64,000 nucleotides of DNA from Candidatus Adlerbacteria bacterium (GCA_903851045.1 CAINNF010000015.1:32644-96643); one strand, 5' to 3'; shown: positions 9,926-19,345, counted from the first letter of the stretch. The notes: a model not told the origin generated them from the sequence alone. Program-made: numbers and translations.

Positions 9926-10933
9926 ATGATACGTCTACTAATCGTGGCCGCACTGGTGGTCGCGGGTCTGCCTGCTGCCTATGCGCAGCAGATCACCGGC
10001 GCGGGTGCGACATTCCCCGCGCCAGTCTATGCCAAATGGGGCGAGGCTGCGAAGGCTGCCCTCGGCATCGAGCTGAACTATCAGTCGATCGGGTCGGGTG
10101 GCGGTCAGAACCAGATCATCAACCGCACGGTCGACTTTGGCGCCTCCGACGCACCCATGGATGCGGCGAAGCTGGAGCAGAACCACCTGCTGCAGTTCCC
10201 CACCGTCATGGGCGCAGTCGTACCAATCGTCAACCTGCCGAGCATCGAAGCGAACAAGCTGCGTCTCACGGGCGAATTGCTGGCCGAGATGTATCTCGGC
10301 AAGATCACCAAGTGGAACGACCCGAAGCTCGTCGAGGCCAACCGCGGCCTGACGCTGCCGAACGTACCGATCGCGGTCGTGTATCGCGCCGATGGCTCGG
10401 GCACGACCTTTGTGTTCACGTCCTACCTCTCAGCCGTGTCACCCGACTGGCAAGCACAGGTCGGTGCCGACAAGAGCGTTAGATGGGCGACAGGTAACGG
10501 TGCCAAGGGTAATGACGGCGTCGCTGCGACGGTCAAACAGGTTCGCGGTGCCATCGGCTACGTCGAGTACGCGTACGCCAGGCAAAGCGGACTCATCACG
10601 ACGCAGCTGCGCAACAAGGCAGGGCGTTTCGTTGCTCCGACGTCGGCCGCCTTCAATGCCGCAGCCGCCGCTGGCGACTGGAGGGGTGCTCGCAACTATG
10701 CCGTGAACCTGATCGACACCGCTTCGCCCGAAGCCTGGCCGATCGTGTCGGCCACCTTCATCTTGTTGCCGAAGGACCCGAGTGACGCGAGCCGCAGTGC
10801 CACTGTCATCCGATTCTTCGACTTCGCCTACCAACACGGTGGCGATATTGCCAGAAGCCTCGACTACGTCCCGCTGCCCGAAGCCGTGCAAGCTGCGGTT
10901 CGCTCCTCCTGGCACACCGAGGTGAAGAAGTAG
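9926..10933 (+). CDS. pstS: Phosphate ABC transporter substrate-binding protein PstS (orphan; no pstCAB nearby)
   Basis: Signal peptide, GAGATFPAPVYAKW and SIGSGGG motifs typical of PstS. GGGAGA SD. Confidence 0.85.
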   Translation: MIRLLIVAALVVAGLPAAYAQQITGAGATFPAPVYAKWGEAAKAALGIELNYQSIGSGGGQNQIINRTVDFGASDAPMDAAKLEQNHLLQFPTVMGAVVPIVNLPSIEANKLRLTGELLAEMYLGKITKWNDPKLVEANRGLTLPNVPIAVVYRADGSGTTFVFTSYLSAVSPDWQAQVGADKSVRWATGNGAKGNDGVAATVKQVRGAIGYVEYAYARQSGLITTQLRNKAGRFVAPTSAAFNAAAAAGDWRGARNYAVNLIDTASPEAWPIVSATFILLPKDPSDASRSATVIRFFDFAYQHGGDIARSLDYVPLPEAVQAAVRSSWHTEVKK

Positions 10934-10971
10934 GACAGCACCACGGTCTGTAACTGCCGACGAATAAGTAC

Positions 10972-11012
10972 AAAAAATGGGCTGCCTCTGGGAGGAGGCA
11001 GCCCTCTTTTAT
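10972..11012. terminator. Bidirectional rho-independent terminator after pstS
   Basis: A6, then GGGCTGCCTC-tgggag-GAGGCAGCCC, then TCTTTTATTT. Confidence 0.6.
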
Positions 11013-11036
11013 TTCTGTACACAACCCATGAGCTTG

Positions 11037-11327
11037 TTACACACCGACCTCGCGCCCGTTCTTGGAGTGCGGGTTGGTGGGGTCGAGCACGTTGCACAGT
11101 TCCATCAACGCAAGCGTCGGGCAACGACCCGAGCCGTTTCGCAGCGGAAAGTATGCTTCCAGATACGACTCGATGGGCGGGATGCCGAGCGCCCGGAGCA
11201 CCTCCACAGCATCCATCTCGTCGCACAAGCACGAGTCCTGGATGAGTGTCACCCACCGATTATTGACGCGTCTGCTGATAGCCCACCTCCCACGAGGTGC
11301 GGGGTACAAGTATGCGGTATCGTCCAT
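11037..11327 (-). CDS. Hypothetical Cys-containing small protein (97 aa)
   Basis: Internal ATG (MDDTAYLY...) with AAGGAGGA SD 6 nt upstream. Confidence 0.45.
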   Translation of the reverse strand: MDDTAYLYPAPRGRWAISRRVNNRWVTLIQDSCLCDEMDAVEVLRALGIPPIESYLEAYFPLRNGSGRCPTLALMELCNVLDPTNPHSKNGREVGV

Positions 11328-11601
11328 TGAGTCCTCCTTTCGGCACTGTCCTGAGACGAAAAGAGCCCGCTGTGGGCGGGCTCTGGTTTGGAAGTTTCGG
11401 GAGGAATCATCCAAAGCACAACCCACCGCGCGGGCTGCTAAGGAGGACGACGACATATTGTCGGGACGGCTGCATATAAAAACTATGCACGATACGAGAT
11501 ATTTTTGCAACATACAGAACGGGAACGATCCCCATACAACAGAAAACCGCCTCACCGAGAGCCGCATAGGCGGCTCCGCGGTGGGCGGCATTTTTCCAGC
11601 G

Positions 11602-11835
11602 TCACTCGCCATTTATGCTTTTAGCCAGCGCAAGGATGTCCTCGTCCGGGACATCCCCTTCTCCGTATCTGGTGTGGAGATCGTGCAGCGCCAGCACCAC
11701 CTCCACTCGCCCAGCCTGGTCGAGCTGTATATCAGCCCGCACCAGTACTACCAACCGCTCTACACTGGCTCGCTGCGGCGAACCTTGTGTAAAACGAAGA
11801 GCCAGCGTTCCCAGCCATTCCTTTGTCGTCACCAC
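11602..11835 (-). CDS. Hypothetical small acidic protein (77 aa)
   Basis: GTG start preceded by AAGAGG. Confidence 0.3.
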   Translation of the reverse strand: MVTTKEWLGTLALRFTQGSPQRASVERLVVLVRADIQLDQAGRVEVVLALHDLHTRYGEGDVPDEDILALAKSINGE

Positions 11836-11881
11836 TTACCTCTTATTTTACTGATTGCGGTCGCGCAACCGATACGGCCAC

Positions 11882-12172
11882 TCAGCGGATTGGTACCAAC
11901 TGCATATAAAGAGTGAGACCCGTCTCGTCCGGGAACGGCGTCACTTCCAGCGTGGCGAGGAAGCCTCGCTGTCGAAGTGCTAGAATGAGCGCGTCGAGAC
12001 GATCTCTCTGAAGCTTTTTGTCGGGGAACAAGTGTCGCTGGTAGAAGCAGCTCCAGCTTCCACTCATGCAGTAACCCGACGTGCGCATCACGTCACAGCT
12101 TGTGTTTACGTGTGCCGCCCATCGGACAACCCGACGAGCAATCTGACGAGCAATAGCGTCCTGACACATCAT
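11882..12172 (-). CDS. Hypothetical protein (96 aa)
   Basis: Start at MMCQDA, with AAAGGA SD 7 nt upstream. Confidence 0.4.
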   Translation of the reverse strand: MMCQDAIARQIARRVVRWAAHVNTSCDVMRTSGYCMSGSWSCFYQRHLFPDKKLQRDRLDALILALRQRGFLATLEVTPFPDETGLTLYMQLVPIR

Positions 12173-12600
12173 GTCACATTCCTTTATAACCAAATTCTTT
12201 TATATCATATTAACATACGTGTGTCAATAATATAAAACGATTCTCGAACGCCCGTGGTCCGAGAAGATACGCCGCGAACGTCTCGGCCACATCCTTGGGC
12301 TGCATACCCTCGGGTGGGTTAAAACGCAGATCTTCGTTCATGCATACTCCTTCCGGGAGTCTGTGACGGGTCGTATGACTCCCGACATATTAAACTACCA
12401 ATTATACATTTTGTCCACCGCTCTTGGAAATGTCATACAGTAGCACCACCTCAAAAAGTCCCAAACTTGTCCGCATCGCTCCCCTGCGTGACGGGTTCAA
12501 GATGGAGGGACGGACGCCGGTAAGTACACAAAGACAGCCTAGTTTACATAAAAAGAAACCGCCCACCAAGAGTCGATGAACGGTCTTTGCGATGAGCGGT

Positions 12601-13044
12601 TCAGGTGGTCGGCGAATCGTCCCACGAGAGATAGAGGACGAAGTGCGGCATGGTCTCGTACACTTCAATGCCTGCCGATTGGCAGCGTCTGACGAACTCT
12701 GCGATGAGCTCATCCCAATGCTGCCCTTCAGACCTCCACGCATCAACGACGTCCGAGCAGTTGCCTGGCGAGTCGGCCGAACTCGTGATGCCGTAGTGAG
12801 TCTTAATGACGAGCAACGGAACTTCCCACTGACCTCGGAACTTCGCCCTCTGATGGCCGCGAATGTAGTGCTCGACCGTCTCCAGCCCTTCAGGCACGCC
12901 CTCTGGATAGAGGTACTGGAGCAGCCCTTCGCCCCACGAAAGGGTGTCGGTCCTGAACCGCATCAGGTGGTCGGGAACGCAGCAATCGTCATTTTCCGCG
13001 AGGATAATGCCATATGCTACGTACCCGTATATCAAGTTGGACAT
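12601..13044 (-). CDS. Hypothetical protein (147 aa)
   Basis: Start at MSNLIYG, with GGGAG SD. A comparable-length ORF on the opposite strand lacks an SD. Confidence 0.4.
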   Translation of the reverse strand: MSNLIYGYVAYGIILAENDDCCVPDHLMRFRTDTLSWGEGLLQYLYPEGVPEGLETVEHYIRGHQRAKFRGQWEVPLLVIKTHYGITSSADSPGNCSDVVDAWRSEGQHWDELIAEFVRRCQSAGIEVYETMPHFVLYLSWDDSPTT

Positions 13045-13136
13045 TTCGGACTCCCAAAATTTCAAACTAACCCAAATAGATATATACCACCTTATAAAGC
13101 AATTGTCAAACTCCGCGTAACGGATCAATAATCGCC

Positions 13137-13445
13137 TTACGGAAGAGCGGTTTTAAGAAGGAATGCATCAGCAATGGGTGGCACCGGGTCAGCGAGTCGG
13201 GGAACACGCTCTCGTATCGTATAGTACGCCGGCACCGTACCCGTAGGCGTAAACTCCCACGCGTATGATTGATTCTTATGATCGTTCATGACACGAACGA
13301 GCACTACCCTATGCGTATCCAGCCCCTTAAAATCTCGCATAGCCATTCGCAGAAGCTTCAACAAGTGAGCAGCGGATCTTCCTTGCGAGTTGGTTCGCAC
13401 GAGGCATCTATGCTCCGCTGGGCAATACTCCCGTATGTAGTCCAT
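13137..13445 (-). CDS. Hypothetical protein (102 aa)
   Basis: CAGGAGAACGGG-ATG SD/start arrangement. Confidence 0.45.
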   Translation of the reverse strand: MDYIREYCPAEHRCLVRTNSQGRSAAHLLKLLRMAMRDFKGLDTHRVVLVRVMNDHKNQSYAWEFTPTGTVPAYYTIRERVPRLADPVPPIADAFLLKTALP

Positions 13446-14270
13446 CCCGTTCTCCTGTAGGATCTGAAATCTGAAAATACGATACCAGAATATTCAAACT
13501 TTGTCTTGCTACCCCGTATGGTCCGGTACAGAATGGTTGATTGAGCACACATAAGCATACAACTCCAAAACACCCGTACTGTGGCTTTTTCGACCATCAC
13601 CATTCATAATCGACACAACGAGTCGAACGTTACACACTTCGCACCCAACACGGACAGGCTCAGAACGATGGACAGACACTCTTTTTCTTATTTGGTGACG
13701 ATAAAGAAGAGCGAGTTGCTCTTGCCTCGGGCGTTAGACACCGACACGTCATACGTACCAGGGGCGGCACAAAAACTAACGTAGTCTGACTACGTTACTA
13801 TCCCTCCTCTAACTCTTCTTTCGTACACATGCCCTAACTATAGCAACTTCGAGTCCTACCTACAGGACCAAAGTAACACACCATTGCACTACACTTATTA
13901 CTGATTAATGACGCCTCCCCATTTCCTCCGGTATAACTACTTTCGTAGAAAGTTGTAGGCCATGAGCGGCGCCCAGATAAGGAAGCTCGCGAAGCCAATA
14001 ATAAAAAAGGTTGGTACCAGCTGTTGGGGTATACCATCGCCCGTCCAAACAAGTACCAGGGAATGGGGAGGCGTCCAATTGATTCAGAACTCGTGTGGTG
14101 TAGTAATTGGTACCTACCATGCGACGCTGATTCGTGTGGTGGATGGTGGCCAACATTAAACCATGCAAAATCGTCATTAATTGGACGCCCCACCTTTTTT
14201 CTTATAGTAAGAACACTGCTTGTACATAGGTAAAAAGTCCCCACAAAAGTTTTGTATAAAAACAGCTTAT

Positions 14271-15236
14271 TTACTGAGCCTTGGAGGTGGCTTCAGCATA
14301 GTCAAAAATCCGGTGAACGCCATTGTATTGCTCTGGAGTGTAACTACGCAGCAACAGATTCTCATCACTCGATGAGATTCCATCTACTAATATCGGAATA
14401 TGGTGCTCTTTTATGGTAGTGATAATTTCATTTACTTCCAAAAACGTTGGACTGCCTATTCCCAAACCTCCCCAAGCTTCATAGTTACCCTTTTTTGTTT
14501 CAAATTCTAAATGTGGTGCAAAATATGGACCTGAGCAACCACCTCGACCACGACATATGGTGTACTGAGATGAATATAATTCCGCTTGTTTAACTTCCGT
14601 CCATTGAATTTTTTTAGCACCAACAATATCATCTCCGACTACAATTCCATCAGTACGGATTATTGTGTATGTATTAAAGAAAAGTATTGCAAGTAACAAC
14701 AAGGACCAAAGAATAATCCCGAATTCTAAAATACAAAGTAGGTCTTCCTTTAAGAAAAGTTTTGGAGTTCTCTTCCCACTTAAAATATATCGTTTCATTT
14801 GATGATGAAACCTTTCACGAGAGTTTAAAAACTGGTCATATTTCTTAAAGAAAATCTGAATGCACAACCTCCCAATAAGCCATATGGTTAGAGTTACAAG
14901 CCCTCCCAAAATGTACCCGAGAAAAAGCTCTCCAGAATTATCTACAGAAAAAGCTATATAGTTATTCTGAGTATAGAAATACCTCTGGAAAGCTGCGACT
15001 GGACCAAGACTAAAGAAAGCAATAACAAAAAAACAACACACAAGGGCTATGGAGGAGGTTGTTGGAATGTATTTATAAAACCATTTAACTGACACTTTTA
15101 TAGCTTCTGGCTGTTCTGTAAGTTGTTTTTTGGTCTTCTTGTTACTTCTATAAAACGAAATTAGCCAAGCCTCCACAACTGCCCAAACAATAAGTGCAAA
15201 ATAGAATGCTGCGGTTTGTAAATTTAAAATAGGCAT
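14271..15236 (-). CDS. AT-rich polytopic membrane protein with a C-terminal soluble domain (hypothetical)
   Basis: 321 aa at about 33% GC against a 58-62% host background. Four or five TM helices. Lies immediately 3' of tRNA-Asn. Confidence 0.55.
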   Translation of the reverse strand: MPILNLQTAAFYFALIVWAVVEAWLISFYRSNKKTKKQLTEQPEAIKVSVKWFYKYIPTTSSIALVCCFFVIAFFSLGPVAAFQRYFYTQNNYIAFSVDNSGELFLGYILGGLVTLTIWLIGRLCIQIFFKKYDQFLNSRERFHHQMKRYILSGKRTPKLFLKEDLLCILEFGIILWSLLLLAILFFNTYTIIRTDGIVVGDDIVGAKKIQWTEVKQAELYSSQYTICRGRGGCSGPYFAPHLEFETKKGNYEAWGGLGIGSPTFLEVNEIITTIKEHHIPILVDGISSSDENLLLRSYTPEQYNGVHRIFDYAEATSKAQ

Positions 15237-15288
15237 ACCCGCACAACAGACATACTGTAAATATTTTTAAGTTATCTGTCAAACTTTG

Positions 15289-15360
15289 CTCCGGCGGTAG
15301 GACTCGAACCTACAACCAACTCCTTAACAGGGAGCTGCTCTACCATTGAGCTACACCGGA
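15289..15360 (-). tRNA. tRNA-Asn (anticodon GTT); CCA not encoded
   Basis: Manual cloverleaf of the minus strand: UCCGGUG acceptor stem, D-arm GCUC-AAUGGUA-GAGC, anticodon loop CUGUUAA, T-arm GUAGG-UUCGAGU-CCUAC, discriminator G. Confidence 0.85.
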
Positions 15361-15513
15361 ATGTTCTTTTGTGCACCCGAAAATCGGGCACTTCCATACT
15401 ATATCGAGTTTTAGAAAAAACTCCAGCAACCAGTACCCCACCACACGCTTGCTCGCCTTGCTTATACCCTACCCCAGCTGCACACACATCCGTTTACTTG
15501 TTATACTGGTGGC

Positions 15514-16008
15514 ATGGAAACCGTAAAACGAGTTGTCGCCGTCTCCGGCGGGTTCGATCCTATACACATTGGGCACGTGCGCATGTTGCAAGAGGCACGA
15601 GCGCTGGGCGACAAGCTCGTCGTCATCCTCAACAACAATGATTGGCTGATAGCAAAAAAAGGGTTTGCCTTTATGCCTCAGGAAGAGCGCGCCGAACTTT
15701 TGGCCGCATATGACTTCGTCGACGAGGTGGTGCTCACCTGCCACACACTCGAGGAGCTCACCCGCGAAGAGGACTGGGCATACCACCGAAGCGTCTCGCG
15801 CGAACTCGCAAAAATCAAACCGCACATCTTTGCCAACGGGGGCGACCGCGACGAGAACGATTCCAAGAACCCTAAATCTTCACTCTACTGGGATATCAAA
15901 ACATGCGAGGACCACGGCATCGATATGATCTTTGGCATCGGTCACGGCGGCAAGGTGCAGTCGAGCTCGTGGCTCATAGCGAAGGCGAAGGAGGCGCAGA
16001 AGGTATAG
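15514..16008 (+). CDS. Cytidylyltransferase-family nucleotidyltransferase (HldE/RfaE domain II- or TagD-like)
   Basis: SGGFDPIHIGHVRM HxGH motif, then ...VDEVV...ANGGDR, consistent with the adenylyl/cytidylyltransferase fold. Confidence 0.65.
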   Translation: METVKRVVAVSGGFDPIHIGHVRMLQEARALGDKLVVILNNNDWLIAKKGFAFMPQEERAELLAAYDFVDEVVLTCHTLEELTREEDWAYHRSVSRELAKIKPHIFANGGDRDENDSKNPKSSLYWDIKTCEDHGIDMIFGIGHGGKVQSSSWLIAKAKEAQKV

Positions 16009-16042
16009 TAGTACACTCCCTTTCTACATACATACAAAGAGA

Positions 16043-16069
16043 AAGCCACCTGGTTAGGTGGCTTTTTTG
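16043..16069. terminator. Bidirectional rho-independent terminator
   Basis: AAAGCCACC-tggtta-GGTGGCTTTTTTG. Confidence 0.7.
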
Positions 16070-17319
16070 TCGAGATGATCGATCCCCGGTAGAAAGTATG
16101 AGGCGACCCCCACGACGACGAGCACGCAGCCGCATATCGCGAGTTCGGCGGGACACCCGAGTCGGTTCGCGACGATACCCGCTCCCCATGAGCCGAGCAC
16201 CATCCCGCCACAGGAGAACGTGTAGCTGTAGCCAGTGACGATACCAACCAGGTCGTATCTCACCAGATGTGTGATGGACGACCGGATCGTGATAAGACTC
16301 ACCGTGAAGCCGTACCCCGCGAAGAACAGCAGTATCGCAGCCGAAGTAACATCCTTGGTGAGCGAGAGTAGCACGGACGCGATGCCCAAGGTCACCACAC
16401 CGCTCACGAACAGCACCTTGTGAGACAGGAACTTGTGGCAACAGGTGACCATGACCAGGGTAAGGATCGCTCCCGCACCCGACGACAGGGCCAAGTGACT
16501 GAACACCACCGGGTTGCCTCCGAGCATGTCGCGTACGATGACCGAAAGGAGCGACGTGTACGAGAATCCGAACGTACTCACGACGCCCGTGAGCACGATA
16601 CACGTCGCTATCTCTCGATGACGCAAGATGTAGACCGCCCCACGTACGAGACTCTCGCGTACTCCCGGTTGTGGCGCAGTGCGAGCCGGCAGGCTCCGGT
16701 GCGGAGCCAGACGTATCATCACGAGCGCCGACAGGAATACGACGAACGAGACACTGTTCACCATGAAGGTGATCGGATACCCGCAGTACCAGACGAGAAA
16801 CCCCGCGGCGCCTGGCCCGACCATCTGCGCGATGTTGCCGAGCGAGAGAAACACCATGGAGGCGTATCGCACCTGGTGCCTCCCGACGAGCTCTTTGACG
16901 AACACATTACGTCCCGGCGCGTCGATCACCGTGATGAGTCCGGTGCAAAGTACCAGGATGTTTATCGCGAAGATGCTTGCAAGATGTGCATACGTGAGGT
17001 ACGCGAGCGCCACCGCTTGTATAAACCCGAGCACGGTGGTCACGAACAGTATCCGTTTCGTGTCACATCGGTCCAAGAAGAGTCCTGCGAGCGGCGCGAG
17101 CAGTGTCGCGGGCCCGAGCATCAAACCCCCGATCACACCGACCCAATAGGCGGCGTCCACGGTGCCTGCCAAGTCGATGATCAACAGCGAGAGTACCGCC
17201 GATTGTAGGAGCGAACCGATCACAGACACGAACTGACCGGTAAAATACCAACGAAGATTCGTATCCGCGAACACACCCACGGTCGTCGTGCGTGATAGTG
17301 CCGATGTCTCGGCGTTCAT
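16054..17319 (-). CDS. MFS transporter (12-TM, EntS/macrolide-efflux-like)
   Basis: 421 aa, 12 predicted TM helices, MFS-like loop motifs. Confidence 0.8.
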   Translation of the reverse strand: MNAETSALSRTTTVGVFADTNLRWYFTGQFVSVIGSLLQSAVLSLLIIDLAGTVDAAYWVGVIGGLMLGPATLLAPLAGLFLDRCDTKRILFVTTVLGFIQAVALAYLTYAHLASIFAINILVLCTGLITVIDAPGRNVFVKELVGRHQVRYASMVFLSLGNIAQMVGPGAAGFLVWYCGYPITFMVNSVSFVVFLSALVMIRLAPHRSLPARTAPQPGVRESLVRGAVYILRHREIATCIVLTGVVSTFGFSYTSLLSVIVRDMLGGNPVVFSHLALSSGAGAILTLVMVTCCHKFLSHKVLFVSGVVTLGIASVLLSLTKDVTSAAILLFFAGYGFTVSLITIRSSITHLVRYDLVGIVTGYSYTFSCGGMVLGSWGAGIVANRLGCPAELAICGCVLVVVGVASYFLPGIDHLDKKAT

Positions 17320-17412
17320 GCAGTGTCCCCTTTCAGAGGCAAGATATGATGGAGAGCTTCTATACTAAGTAGTACAATACCGGCGAAAGCAGGTCAACCC
17401 GCCCATAACCAC

Positions 17413-17441
17413 TTGACCCGTCACATTGTGTGATCTATGGT
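17413..17441 (+). promoter_or_regulatory. Candidate sigma70-type promoter (TTGACC-N17-TATGGT)
   Basis: Spacing and hexamers fit the consensus, 35 nt upstream of the SD/ATG of gene 17477. Confidence 0.35.
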
Positions 17442-17476
17442 GTATGCGGTACGTATAGAAGAAAAGGAGACCAGCT

Positions 17477-17902
17477 ATGTCGTTTGACCCGTCTGCGACT
17501 CGCTATCGCCTGGGTCCATGGATCCTGTTCGGTGTCTGTAGTGTCGTGTTCTTTGTAGCGATCGGACACATGGTACAGACAACACTCGCCGAGACGATCA
17601 CGTGGATCATCGTGTTCCGTGTCGTAGAGATGTACGTCTTTCTCGCGGCCTATGCATGGATATGCGTCATCTTGATCCGTAAGGAGTCGCGCGCCACCGG
17701 ACAGTGGTTGCTCCGAGTCACCCACAGTGGCGGCGTCATGTCCGAACCCATGACCCACGAGTATCAGTTCGACTCGCTGGAACTTCTGGAGCGAGCATGG
17801 CGCACGTTGTATCTCCGATTTCGCAGTACCCGTACCGTGACTGGCACCGCCACAGCACCTGACGGCACGGTCAGGACACTGCAACTCGACCCGTTACAGT
17901 AG
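17477..17902 (+). CDS. Hypothetical 2-TM membrane protein (141 aa)
   Basis: GAAAAGGAG SD upstream of the ATG. Confidence 0.5.
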   Translation: MSFDPSATRYRLGPWILFGVCSVVFFVAIGHMVQTTLAETITWIIVFRVVEMYVFLAAYAWICVILIRKESRATGQWLLRVTHSGGVMSEPMTHEYQFDSLELLERAWRTLYLRFRSTRTVTGTATAPDGTVRTLQLDPLQ

Positions 17903-17974
17903 CACGCATGTTGCTATTAGGGAAAACGTGCGGTATGGTACGTTTCGGTACACAACACAAGAGGAGTGCTTGCC

Positions 17975-18310
17975 GTGTCGGACAAAGCGGCTGCTATCGT
18001 TCGTAACCTCACGACGTTCGTCGCCTGGGCACACAAACGGTTTCACCAAACTTGGGTGTTAACCGTTACCTACAGCGGGGGTAGCCTGCGCAAGCCGATA
18101 CCTGACGTCTCATACCCGTCAAGGTCACGCCGAAAGGCTCTGCGCCAATGGCGCGACCTGTGCCGCCAGTTCAGTGGCGGCGTCAACAAGATGCACATGG
18201 TCGGCACACTCACGTCTCCCGACGGTGTGGTGGAGCCGCTCGGCACTGTGGAGTCGGGGGTGATCACCCATCCCGACGGGACCACGCAACCCGTCACCTC
18301 GATGAAATAA
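17975..18310 (+). CDS. Hypothetical protein (111 aa)
   Basis: GAGGAG SD 8 nt before the second GTG. Its C-terminal PDG-T motif resembles the C-terminus of the preceding gene. Confidence 0.45.
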   Translation: MSDKAAAIVRNLTTFVAWAHKRFHQTWVLTVTYSGGSLRKPIPDVSYPSRSRRKALRQWRDLCRQFSGGVNKMHMVGTLTSPDGVVEPLGTVESGVITHPDGTTQPVTSMK

Positions 18311-18324
18311 CGCCACACCTCCCG

Positions 18325-18357
18325 GTCCTGTCGCACTTGTGCGACAGGACTTTTTTG
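18325..18357 (+). terminator. Rho-independent terminator
   Basis: GTCCTGTCGCAC-tt-GTGCGACAGGAC-TTTTTT. Confidence 0.65.
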
Positions 18358-18511
18358 TTACAGCATGAAAAAAGGGTGGTCGCGCATCACCTGCCAGCTA
18401 TACATAAAAACCGCCCCTCGTCGAAATGAGCGGACAGTAAAAATTGACACGTGTAGCACAAAGTCGTAATCTGCAATTTAGAAGACCTTCTTCCAGAAAA
18501 GGAGTCGGGAG

Positions 18512-18712
18512 ATGTTATGCTTCGAAGACGTACCGATCAATGAGACCTGCTTTGTCGCAGGACTGGGGATTCATCTGCGACGTATCCCCGACCGTATCGT
18601 CCCCGGGGTGACCACGGACGACGACCGGCCCGTCAACGCAGAGGTCGTCTCGAGCATGAGCGCTCGGGCCGTGTGTCTGGTCGACCCAGACACCTTCGTC
18701 GCTCGTTGCTGA
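18512..18712 (+). CDS. Hypothetical small protein (66 aa)
   Basis: AAAAGGAG SD upstream of the ATG. Confidence 0.4.
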   Translation: MLCFEDVPINETCFVAGLGIHLRRIPDRIVPGVTTDDDRPVNAEVVSSMSARAVCLVDPDTFVARC

Positions 18713-18733
18713 ACAGCGAGGACGGAGGCTCGT

Positions 18734-18907
18734 ATGACACACAACGGCGAAGGTCCCAAAGAACCACGGGTTGCGGAAACGTGCATGGTCACCGAAGAGG
18801 TCGAACTCGGACCGGACGGGAAGCTCGTGCGCGTGCTATACAAGTTCGGATTCCCCTACCACGAGATCCGATCGGATGACGCCCCACCCGCCGAGGTCGA
18901 AGCGTAA
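18734..18907 (+). CDS. Hypothetical small protein (57 aa; below the ORF-track cutoff)
   Basis: Manual translation (MTHNGEGPKEPRVAETCMVTEEVELGPDGKLVRVLYKFGFPYHEIRSDDAPPAEVEA). GGAGG SD 7 nt upstream. A terminator follows. Confidence 0.4.
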   Translation: MTHNGEGPKEPRVAETCMVTEEVELGPDGKLVRVLYKFGFPYHEIRSDDAPPAEVEA

Positions 18908-18919
18908 TCCGTCGACATA

Positions 18920-18954
18920 AGTCGCAGTACACCCATACTGCGACTTTTCTTTTG
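18920..18954 (+). terminator. Rho-independent terminator
   Basis: AGTCGCAGTA-caccca-TACTGCGACT-TTTCTTTT. Confidence 0.6.
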
Positions 18955-19006
18955 ATCGTACGAAAAGAAAATCCCACCCGCGGCACGCGAGTGGGTAGGC
19001 GCACAG

Positions 19007-19345
19007 TCAGACAAAGATCCGTTCGAGATACATGGCGGGAGCACATGCCCTCCCGTACTTCTCGCCAAAATCTATAGACGCCCACACCACCGAAATCGGT
19101 TCAAGCTGGTGCTGACGCGTCACAAAACCTCGAACCGGGGCGATCGCTTTCACCTCACCCACCGCTCCCGCTGGCACCAGTTTGCTCTTGTGGAACCGTG
19201 GTATCGGCAACAGCGTTTGCACCTTCTCACCGACCTCGGTCGGTGGATATTGTGCACGCACCACCTCGGGTGCGTGTATATCGAACGGCCCCGTGTCATC
19301 ATCATCGTCACTGTCTTCAGGAGCCAGAGGTTCGGTCGACACCAT
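19007..19345 (-). CDS. Hypothetical protein (112 aa)
   Basis: Internal ATG (MVSTEPLAPEDSDDDDD...) with GAAGGA SD. Confidence 0.45.
   Translation of the reverse strand: MVSTEPLAPEDSDDDDDTGPFDIHAPEVVRAQYPPTEVGEKVQTLLPIPRFHKSKLVPAGAVGEVKAIAPVRGFVTRQHQLEPISVVWASIDFGEKYGRACAPAMYLERIFV

Noticed and set aside
12592-13131. 179-aa plus-strand ORF overlapping the 12601-13044 minus-strand gene
   Set aside because: Both strands have long ORFs here. The minus strand was preferred because it has a GGGAG SD and the same orientation as the neighbouring small-gene array. The plus ORF has no SD. This remains uncertain.
8245-15360. Integrase or att direct repeat delimiting an island at tRNA-Asn
   Set aside because: No tyrosine or serine recombinase motifs were found in any ORF of the tract. 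By eye no repeat of the tRNA 3' end (CTCCGGCGGTAGGACTCGAACC) could be found elsewhere. The island call is therefore compositional and organisational only.
16420-17208. 262-aa plus-strand ORF antisense to the MFS transporter
   Set aside because: The antisense frame of a hydrophobic membrane-protein gene gives Arg/Asp/His-rich junk.
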